A DNA stretch of 32,000 nucleotides from Butyrivibrio fibrisolvens (lineage in GTDB: Bacteria > Bacillota > Clostridia > Lachnospirales > Lachnospiraceae), in assembly GCF_037113525.1 (NCBI RefSeq), contig NZ_CP146963.1, positions 3,757,226 through 3,789,225 on the forward strand, in the 5' to 3' direction. The translations under genes were made by a program, and so were the position numbers. Below, piece after piece: positions 25,337 to 32,000 of the stretch. Every line of letters begins with the position of its first letter. The stretch's first letter is position 1. The notes under the pieces are model-generated. The model was not told where the DNA came from and did not search any database. It worked only from the letters and a program-made list of their open reading frames with translations.

Positions 25337-25597
25337 ACACAAATAAACCTACTATAAACAAACTGCCATAAGTAGAAATGCATGATAATCCAGATTAAGC
25401 GTACACAAAACAGCTGCCATAAGCAGCAAGATCATTTCTGATAGTGTTCACTCAAGCTAAATTATCTAATAAACATTCCTTCACCTATGCGCAATGCGCT
25501 CTTTCTTTTTATTTATCATAATGCTAACACCAAAGCATATATGATGCAACTATTAAATCAAGCTTTACTCTTTTTTGACCAAAGCCCTATTTATAGA

Positions 25598-27025
25598 TTA
25601 TGAATAAATCTTATGAATAGTCTCAACCTTGATCATGTTTGTATGACCTGAAGTTCCACCGATCTTACCGCCTGTAAGAACTACGTTGTCTCCCATCTTG
25701 AGGTCGAGGATCTTGGTAGCCTGCTGCATAGCGTGGAAGAAGAGAACATCAAGTGATTCAAATTCATCGCAAAGCAGAGGATATACGCCCCATGAAAGTG
25801 CAAGCTTTCTGAATGCCTTAACAGATGTTGTCATACCGATGATCTCAACAGGACATCTGAAACGGCTTACCATGCGGGCTGTAAGGCCGCTGATGGAGCT
25901 TACTACGATACACTTTGCATCAACGTCGATTGCCATAGAACATGTTGAATGGCTGATAGCATCGAGGTTATTTCTAATGCTGAAGTCCATGTTCTTGAAT
26001 CTCTTGGTGTAGTTGATGTGCTGCTCTGTATATTCTGCAACTTCTGACATTGTCTTAACAGCTTCTACAGGGTACTTACCTGCAGCTGACTCTCCTGAGA
26101 GCATGATAGCAGAAGCTCCGTCATATACTGCGTTTGCAACGTCAGAGATCTCAGCTCTTGTAGGACGTACGTTGGTTATCATAGACTCAAGCATTTCTGT
26201 TGCGATGATAACTCTTTTTCCAAGGAGTCGGCACTTCTGAACGATCTCTTTCTGAACTGAAGGAACTTCCATAAATGGAATCTCAACACCAAGGTCACCT
26301 CTTGCAACCATGATGCCGTCAACAACTTCTGAGATTTCTTCGATATTATCAACGCCTGATCTGTTCTCGATCTTAGCGATGATGTCGATGTCTCTTCCGC
26401 CGTTCTTATCAAGGAAGTCACGAAGATCCTGAGCATCCTGACGAGTAGATACGAAGGATGCTGCAACATAATCGATGTCATGCTCTATACCAAAAAGAAG
26501 GTCTGCCTTGTCCTGATCAGAAAGGTAAGCCTGCTTAAGAACTTTGCCAGGGAAGTTCATGCTCTTCTTATCAGAAAGTGTTCCGCCTGCTATAACCTTT
26601 GTGATTACGTCGTTACCTTTAACCTTGGTAACTTCGCAGATTACAAGTCCGTTGTTAACAAGGATTGTATCACCCTTCTTAAGGTCTTCTGCAAATCCCT
26701 TATAGCTTACAGATACTTTCTTCTCATCACCGATTACATCGTCAACTGTAAAGGTAAATTCCTGGCCTTCTTCAAGAGTTGCCTTGTGATCCTTGAATAC
26801 ACCGATTCTGTATTCAGGTCCCTTAGTATCAAGCATGATCGCGATTGGAAGACCCATCTTGTCTCGAACCTTGTTGATAACCTTGATCTTGCCAAGCTGC
26901 TCCTCATGATCACCATGGCTGAAGTTAAGTCTTGCAACGTTCATTCCGGCTTCACACATCTGTGTAAGAACTTCTTCTGATGAACTTGCAGGGCCGATTG
27001 TACAAATGATTTTTGTTTTACGCAT
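25598..27025 (-). CDS. pyk: Pyruvate kinase
   Basis: Motifs MRKTKIICTIGPAS, ARLNFSHG, MVARGDLGVEIP and ATEMLESM. The ATG at 27025 with the SD TAGGAGT 7-8 nt upstream is preferred over the track start at 27058. Confidence 0.95.
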   Translation of the reverse strand: MRKTKIICTIGPASSSEEVLTQMCEAGMNVARLNFSHGDHEEQLGKIKVINKVRDKMGLPIAIMLDTKGPEYRIGVFKDHKATLEEGQEFTFTVDDVIGDEKKVSVSYKGFAEDLKKGDTILVNNGLVICEVTKVKGNDVITKVIAGGTLSDKKSMNFPGKVLKQAYLSDQDKADLLFGIEHDIDYVAASFVSTRQDAQDLRDFLDKNGGRDIDIIAKIENRSGVDNIEEISEVVDGIMVARGDLGVEIPFMEVPSVQKEIVQKCRLLGKRVIIATEMLESMITNVRPTRAEISDVANAVYDGASAIMLSGESAAGKYPVEAVKTMSEVAEYTEQHINYTKRFKNMDFSIRNNLDAISHSTCSMAIDVDAKCIVVSSISGLTARMVSRFRCPVEIIGMTTSVKAFRKLALSWGVYPLLCDEFESLDVLFFHAMQQATKILDLKMGDNVVLTGGKIGGTSGHTNMIKVETIHKIYS

Positions 27026-27231
27026 TGTTATTACTCCTATTTCCTTTGAAAATTTCAAAAATACTTCTTTTTTTGTTTCTATCTAAATACTTCCAAATAA
27101 TATTTTTACTTCTAAAAATTTTTTCTTTCCTAAGTACTTCTTTTCTAAATAGTTCTTTCTAATTCTCCTTATAGCAATTCCATTACCTGTAATTCATAAC
27201 AATAATTCCTGATTACTTACGCAATTGCTAT

Positions 27232-28086
27232 TTATTTTAGTAGTCTCTCTGCTGCCTCAACTACGTGGCTTACAAGTACTGCTGTTGTAACTGATCCTAC
27301 GCCGCCAGGAACAGGTGTAAGCTTTTCTACAACGCTTTCCACTTCGTCAGACTTTACATCACCAACAAGCTTTTGTTTTTCTTCGCTGTAGTTAATTCCA
27401 ACGTCGATGACTGTCTGGCCGTTTTCAAAATACTCAGCATTAAGCATTTCTGCTTTTCCAAGTGCCGCAATTACTATATCGGCATTTTTAGTAACTTTCG
27501 CCATATTTTCAGTTCTTGAATGGCATATTGTTACTGTGGCGTTTGCATTCATAAGAAGCATCGATACAGGCTTTCCGATAACAAGGCTTCTTCCTACTAC
27601 TGTAGCTTTTTTACCCTTAGGGTCGATTTCGTAATACTTTAATATCTCCATAACTGCCTGAGATGTGCAGGGTGCAAAGCCTTCTCCAAGACCGCTGTAG
27701 ATATAAGCCATAGAGCCAGGTGTTATGCCGTCAACATCTTTGGATGGAAGAATCGCATTGCATGCTGCCTTCTCATCTAGAGTTTTAGGAAGTGGGCGGA
27801 ACATTAGTATTCCATGAACGTTGTCATCTTCATTAAGCTCTTTGATCGCAGCCATGAGATCTTCCTGAGAGCAATCTTCCGGAAGCACTTTATTTACAAC
27901 TGCTACTCCGTCTTTTTCACATCTTTTTGTTGCACCGCGTTCGTAAGACAGGTCGTCCTGCCTTTCACCAACTCTAAGAATTGCAAGTGTCGGGGTTATA
28001 CCCTTTTCCTTTAGTGCATCTGCCCTTTTTAATGTAACTTCATCAAGTGAGTCTGCAACGGGCTTTCCTTTTAATAATTCTGCCAT
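27232..28086 (-). CDS. folD: Bifunctional methylenetetrahydrofolate dehydrogenase / methenyltetrahydrofolate cyclohydrolase
   Basis: Motifs PTLAILRVGERQDDLSYERG, VVGRSLVIGKPVSMLL and TPVPGGVGSVTTAVL. The ATG at 28086 (MAELLKG...) with the SD GGAGAG is preferred over the track start at 28098. Confidence 0.95.
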   Translation of the reverse strand: MAELLKGKPVADSLDEVTLKRADALKEKGITPTLAILRVGERQDDLSYERGATKRCEKDGVAVVNKVLPEDCSQEDLMAAIKELNEDDNVHGILMFRPLPKTLDEKAACNAILPSKDVDGITPGSMAYIYSGLGEGFAPCTSQAVMEILKYYEIDPKGKKATVVGRSLVIGKPVSMLLMNANATVTICHSRTENMAKVTKNADIVIAALGKAEMLNAEYFENGQTVIDVGINYSEEKQKLVGDVKSDEVESVVEKLTPVPGGVGSVTTAVLVSHVVEAAERLLK

Positions 28087-28179
28087 AAAACTCTCCATTT
28101 CTGAGGTGTTGTCAAATATGTTTTTATCCGTTTTATCAGAAAATAACCACTCTGCTTTTATTTATAAATCAATCTTATA

Positions 28180-28806
28180 TTACTTTCTAAGCTTTGCGTT
28201 GACATCGTCAAATACATTCTGAGCTCTAGCAACATATTCATCTAAAATGCTGTCAGCTTCCTGCTCAAAGCTATCTGCCTTATCCCTATCCTGTAAAGAT
28301 TTAGTATTTATAAATACGTTGAGACTCGCGCTCTTAAGGGCTGCACCAGCAAGAGCTGCGCCGCATCCAACGTCGGATATCATGATGACAGAGCCGATTT
28401 CCTTCATGCGCTCTAAAAGCTCTATTACTCTTTTTATCTGTCTCATCATTTCAAGAGGAGGGGCGATTGCATCAAGGGTAGCCTTCTCAAGCTTTTCTAC
28501 TCTCTGCGGATCTTCTTTTGGTATACTGTAAGCTACTGAGAGAGGCTCGAACATCTTTGCATCCTCTTCTACAAGGTCAAGAAGTCTTGTTCTTATATCT
28601 TCTGCCTCTTTTAATATAGCCTGAAGCTCTTCTTCGTACTGAGCATATTTTTTCTTACCGGTAGTAAAGTTGCCTGCCATAGAGCAAAGAGCCATAGACA
28701 GTGCTCCAACAAGTGCTGCAGCGCCTCCACCTCCAGGCACTGAAACCTTGGCAGCAAGCTTACCTGCAAATTCGTTACAGCTGTAATCAGTGATCTTATT
28801 ATCCAA
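28180..28806 (-). CDS. fchA: Cyclodeaminase/cyclohydrolase family protein (methenyl-THF cyclohydrolase / formimidoyl-THF cyclodeaminase-like)
   Basis: The N-terminal VPGGGGAAALVGALSMAL motif and the all-helical 208-aa size are typical of FchA/FTCD-C family proteins. It lies directly upstream of folD. The start is TTG with a strong SD GGGAGG 7 nt upstream. Confidence 0.82.
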   Translation of the reverse strand: MDNKITDYSCNEFAGKLAAKVSVPGGGGAAALVGALSMALCSMAGNFTTGKKKYAQYEEELQAILKEAEDIRTRLLDLVEEDAKMFEPLSVAYSIPKEDPQRVEKLEKATLDAIAPPLEMMRQIKRVIELLERMKEIGSVIMISDVGCGAALAGAALKSASLNVFINTKSLQDRDKADSFEQEADSILDEYVARAQNVFDDVNAKLRK

Positions 28807-28862
28807 AGGAAGGCCCTCCCATATTAAATAAATATAGAGTTTTAATTGAATGCGCGAGTTTA

Positions 28863-28883
28863 GAATGTAACATAGTTACATTC
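28863..28883. promoter_or_regulatory. Perfect 21-bp palindrome GAATGTAAC-ata-GTTACATTC in the divergent fchA / UPF0126 intergenic region
   Basis: 9-bp perfect arms with a 3-nt spacer, 57-77 nt upstream of the fchA start. It could be an operator or a 5'-UTR hairpin. Confidence 0.35.
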
Positions 28884-29021
28884 CTGAAACGTTTTACTTG
28901 CCTGAATAATAATAGCACAAAATACAAGCTTACAAACATTCAATCTCGCATAAAATATGATAAACTTAGATAGAAAAATGGGGTTAAATTTATAGAAATT
29001 TATAGGGAAAGACAAACTGAC

Positions 29022-29672
29022 ATGGCAGAACTTCTTTTAATTCTCAACATCATAGGAACTGTAGCATTTGCTGTATCCGGCGCTATGACTGCGATCAAGA
29101 AGGAGATGGACCTTCTTGGCGTAACTATTGTGGGCGCTATAACAGCTGTGGGCGGTGGTATCATGCGTGACATCATCATTGGCAAGATTCCGCCTGATGC
29201 TTTTACAGATCCTTCATACGTGCTCATCGCCTGCATTTCAGCGATCGTAGTATTTACATATGTCTATTTCAGAGCATCAGGATATGAAAAGATATCCGGC
29301 GCCAAATTTCAGAAGATCGTACTTCTGGCAGATACTGTAGGTCTTGCTGCATTCTCCGTACTTGGCGTTGAGGTAGCCTTTAATGCAGGTGACGGACCAA
29401 GACTTTTCCTTACCGTATTCCTTGGAACCATCACAGGTGTAGGTGGAGGCGTACTTCGTGACCTTCTTGTAGGCGACAAGCCCTATATACTTTGCAAACA
29501 CATTTATGCCTGCGCATCTATTGCAGGCGCCCTTGTCTGTGCCCTTTTATGGGACTTTTCAGGTCAGAGCGTTGCTACGGTCATCGGCGCATCTACCGTT
29601 ATTATCATAAGACTTCTTGCCATCCACTTTGAATGGAACCTGCCTCGCATCAGGCACCATGGCATTTCTTAA
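29022..29672 (+). CDS. UPF0126 / TRIC-like (trimeric intracellular cation channel family) membrane protein
   Basis: Two internal repeats each carry the glycine motif (AVGGGIMRDI and GVGGGVLRDL). About 7 TM helices are predicted. Confidence 0.85.
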   Translation: MAELLLILNIIGTVAFAVSGAMTAIKKEMDLLGVTIVGAITAVGGGIMRDIIIGKIPPDAFTDPSYVLIACISAIVVFTYVYFRASGYEKISGAKFQKIVLLADTVGLAAFSVLGVEVAFNAGDGPRLFLTVFLGTITGVGGGVLRDLLVGDKPYILCKHIYACASIAGALVCALLWDFSGQSVATVIGASTVIIIRLLAIHFEWNLPRIRHHGIS

Positions 29673-30519
29673 ACTTTTTACCGCTACCGCAGGGGCATGT
29701 ATCATTGCCCCTTATTTTTTTCCACTTTAAACATTCCTCTTTAAGCTCATCGCTTTCATCCGGGAATTCTGCAGAAAGATTTTTGTAATAAGTATCTATT
29801 AGGCTATCATGGAGCTGCTGACTCGTTGAAAAAGTCTTAGCCTCCTGTTCCTGCGCCACCTTTTTGGACCACTTAAAGATTTCTTCTTCAAGCTCTCTTT
29901 CATAGCTTCCTGGCCTATCTTTGACAGCCTCAACCTCTTTGTCCAACGTTCTGTAAATGTATTGATATCTGGCTTTGATATCATCAAGACATGAAAGATT
30001 CCTATAAATATATCTTCCAAGGAAAAATCTCTTGATACAGGCATCTCTTTTAAGCTCTAAAAGATCGGATGTGAGTTCGTCTTCAGGTATACCAATATAA
30101 TAATCTTCCACTATATCAGGAAGGAGCTTCTGGACAAAAGAATCTGCCTTAGTATCTTCAGAAAGCGCATAAGTTTCATTAGAAGCCCAGCCGCTATCAA
30201 GTACATGCCTCATCGCATCTGTCCTAAGATAATAATCCTCTTCAAGGAAAGACAGAAGCTTAATAAAAGCTTTGCGAAACCATGGATACTTCTGATAGAA
30301 ACTAAGAGACTGTATAGCTTCAATAACCATTGTTTCATTATCTTCGTCCATGTAAAGGTCATTGAGATCTTCACATATCTTATCTATGTCAGATGCACAT
30401 TCTCTTTTATTTTCTTCTTCAATATCCTTGTATATCTTTTGTATATCTTCTTTGAGCTTCTTGATCCCGCTCTCATCGTCTTTGCCAAAATGTCTTCTAA
30501 TCTCACTTGTAAGACTCAT
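29650..30519 (-). CDS. Acidic helical protein of unknown function with a C-terminal SEC-C zinc-binding motif
   Basis: The C-terminus CPCGSGKKFKKCHG is the SEC-C motif. The SD GGGAG is 7 nt upstream of the ATG. The rest is not recognisably assigned. Confidence 0.75.
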   Translation of the reverse strand: MSLTSEIRRHFGKDDESGIKKLKEDIQKIYKDIEEENKRECASDIDKICEDLNDLYMDEDNETMVIEAIQSLSFYQKYPWFRKAFIKLLSFLEEDYYLRTDAMRHVLDSGWASNETYALSEDTKADSFVQKLLPDIVEDYYIGIPEDELTSDLLELKRDACIKRFFLGRYIYRNLSCLDDIKARYQYIYRTLDKEVEAVKDRPGSYERELEEEIFKWSKKVAQEQEAKTFSTSQQLHDSLIDTYYKNLSAEFPDESDELKEECLKWKKIRGNDTCPCGSGKKFKKCHGA

Positions 30520-30782
30520 ACATTAACTCCCATGTATATGTTCCGATCTTGGTGACACCAATTTGTAAAGTCAATCTTAGATTAACTCCCACCTGATGTT
30601 TTGACTCATTTCTTGCAATTCTATCTTAGCAAATTTACAATGAAAATGTTGTAATCAAAAATATATATCGTAACTTTTTGAACGTAAATACCCAAAACAT
30701 GCAGTAAATACATGTTTCTATTTCAAGTTTACAAAAACATATATTTGTGACATTCCATTTTTGTTTTAAAGGGGAGAATAAT

Positions 30783-31658
30783 ATGAATACCAACACTACA
30801 ACAATTCCAAATAGAAAATATTTCGGTTTCCTATCCGGTTCATTTTTAAAAGTATTCGCCATCGTGATCATGTTTATAGATCACTTTGCTGCAGGATTTA
30901 TATATCCCGCAATAGTTTCCGGGGATATGGGAAGATGGCTTCTTGATTTTGATATACAAGCATCTCCCTTAGAAATTTATGATCATTTTTATCTGATACT
31001 AAGAGGCATCGGACGCTTTGCATTCCCGATATTCTGTTATCTTCTGGTTGAAGGCTACCTTCATACAAGAAGTAAAAAAAGATACGCCATAACCCTCTCT
31101 ATCTTTGGCTTTATATCAGAAATCCCATTCGACATAGCACTTATCGCCCGAAAGAACTATGACACTCTTAACCTTATAGAAATCTACCAAAACAGCGACA
31201 AAGACCTCTGGGAGTACCAAAACGTGTACTTCACCCTTGCACTCGGCGTTTTAGGAATGTGGGCAGCTGATACTATTCTTAAAAAGCTCAGAGAACACAA
31301 CATCGTATTAGCCTACGCTGCCTCCATACTCCCCTTTGCAATAGCCGCACTGGCAGCCTATTACATGAAAACCGACTATTCACACTACGGAATCTGCGTT
31401 ATAGCAATCCTATACTATTTCCATAACATAAGACCCATAGCCACCCTCCTCGCCTACCTCTTCATGGCCTTCACCATGTCAACAGCCTTAACCGGAGGCA
31501 TGGAAGAATGGTCATTCCCAGCATTCATACTGATGAACTTATATAACGGACAGCGCGGTTTCATCAAGAAAAACTTTAAATACTTTTTCTATATATTCTA
31601 TCCCGCTCACCTGATCCTGATATTCTTCCTAAGGTATTTCATACTCACGCGCGGTTAA
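30783..31658 (+). CDS. TraX-family membrane protein
   Basis: The N-terminal FLKVFAIVIMFIDHFA segment and the multi-TM layout are typical of the TraX family. The ATG at 30783 with the SD GGGGAG 6 nt upstream is preferred over the track start at 30747. Confidence 0.82.
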   Translation: MNTNTTTIPNRKYFGFLSGSFLKVFAIVIMFIDHFAAGFIYPAIVSGDMGRWLLDFDIQASPLEIYDHFYLILRGIGRFAFPIFCYLLVEGYLHTRSKKRYAITLSIFGFISEIPFDIALIARKNYDTLNLIEIYQNSDKDLWEYQNVYFTLALGVLGMWAADTILKKLREHNIVLAYAASILPFAIAALAAYYMKTDYSHYGICVIAILYYFHNIRPIATLLAYLFMAFTMSTALTGGMEEWSFPAFILMNLYNGQRGFIKKNFKYFFYIFYPAHLILIFFLRYFILTRG

Positions 31659-31717
31659 TTTACAGAATCATCCTATTGCTTTTCAAACTTGGCATAAGAA
31701 AGCTTCTATAACGCGAT

Positions 31718-31994
31718 GATTCCAGCGGTTGGCAGTTAATAAATGATTTGGTCGTCTTTGAAAAATATATAACGACATAGAAATGCATTCATGCATTTCT
31801 AAACATGTCGGGGTTACATCCTGTAACCCAATTCAAGAGCATAGTAAATGGAGATTTATATTCTGCTCAGGGTCCGCATGCCCCCGCGAAGCGAGTTTCG
31901 GACCCTAGAATATAAATCTCCATTTAGTGTGCCTTGAATTTTATATATTTTTCATGACGACCAAATCATTTATTAACTGCCAACCGCAGGAATC
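31718..31994. repeat. 277-nt nested palindrome folding into a closed four-way junction (long outer stem + three abutting hairpins)
   Basis: Hand pairing gives an outer stem of 31718-31772 with 31941-31994. Hairpin A is 31773-31810, hairpin B 31811-31829 and hairpin C 31830-31940. Details are in the findings. Confidence 0.8.
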
Positions 31995-32000
31995 CCCCCA

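Noticed and set aside
25076-25357. 93-aa + strand ORF
   Set aside because: It is antisense to the ABC-F start and leader, with no SD.
25231-25383. 50-codon minus-strand ORF in the ABC-F leader, spanning the terminator hairpin
   Set aside because: It has no SD, it is Cys/Phe/Leu-rich as expected from T-rich non-coding sequence, and it is too long for a typical attenuation leader peptide. It is mentioned only as part of the leader finding.
27062-27156. Possible CRISPR-like or tandem-repeat array upstream of pyk
   Set aside because: The repeats are only 6-7 nt long, degenerate and irregularly spaced. No cas genes are present.
28807-29021. ZTP (pfl) or THF riboswitch upstream of fchA-folD
   Set aside because: I could not find the conserved cores by eye (for example a CCGCCTGGGC-like ZTP pseudoknot segment). 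This is not excluded without an Rfam scan.
29000-29236. 78-aa minus-strand ORF
   Set aside because: It is antisense to the well-supported UPF0126/TRIC-like gene.
30205-30871. ORFs 30205..30555(+) and 30635..30871(-)
   Set aside because: The first is antisense to the SEC-C gene. The second overlaps the TraX start region and promoter, lacks an SD and has a low-complexity AT-rich translation.

Overview
This is an AT-rich chromosomal segment, roughly 40% GC by eye. It has Firmicutes/Clostridia hallmarks: strong GGAGG-type Shine-Dalgarno sites, a T-box leader, an fchA-folD pair and many intrinsic terminators. I support about 26 protein genes and one tRNA-Gly(GCC). All calls come from reading the translations and hand base-pairing; no searches were run.

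Gene content is mostly housekeeping or accessory metabolism:
- Carbohydrate and glycolysis: a GH13 alpha-glucosidase-like enzyme and pyruvate kinase.
- One-carbon and translation: thyA, folA, folD, fchA, and a T-box-controlled metG.
- Envelope and transport: an HtrA-type protease, a GntR(YtrA-like)/ABC/membrane operon, a second ABC ATPase/permease pair, a UPF0126/TRIC-like channel protein and a TraX-family protein.
- c-di-GMP signalling: a 7TM degenerate-GGDEF/EAL protein and a FIST-GGDEF cyclase.
- Others: a beta-CASP MBL-fold nuclease, a membrane-anchored EEP-family protein, a Tmk/dNK-like P-loop protein, an ABC-F ATPase and a SEC-C-motif protein.

I see no transposase, integrase, CRISPR array, rRNA or recognisable phage gene.

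The signals that ordinary annotation does not explain are:
1. A 277-nt, almost fully base-paired four-way-junction palindrome at 31718-31994, ending 6 nt before the window edge. Its layout resembles a retron msr-msd, a MITE or a structured RNA.
2. A 169-nt near-perfect hairpin at 5093-5261 with similar TTCAAG/CTTGAA termini.
3. A 13-nt duplication of the tRNA-Gly 3' end that brackets a 143-bp insert whose 3' two-thirds is GC-rich.
4. A membrane sensor EAL gene wedged tightly between thyA and folA.
5. An ABC-F gene with a roughly 400-nt leader containing an internal intrinsic terminator, which looks like an attenuator.
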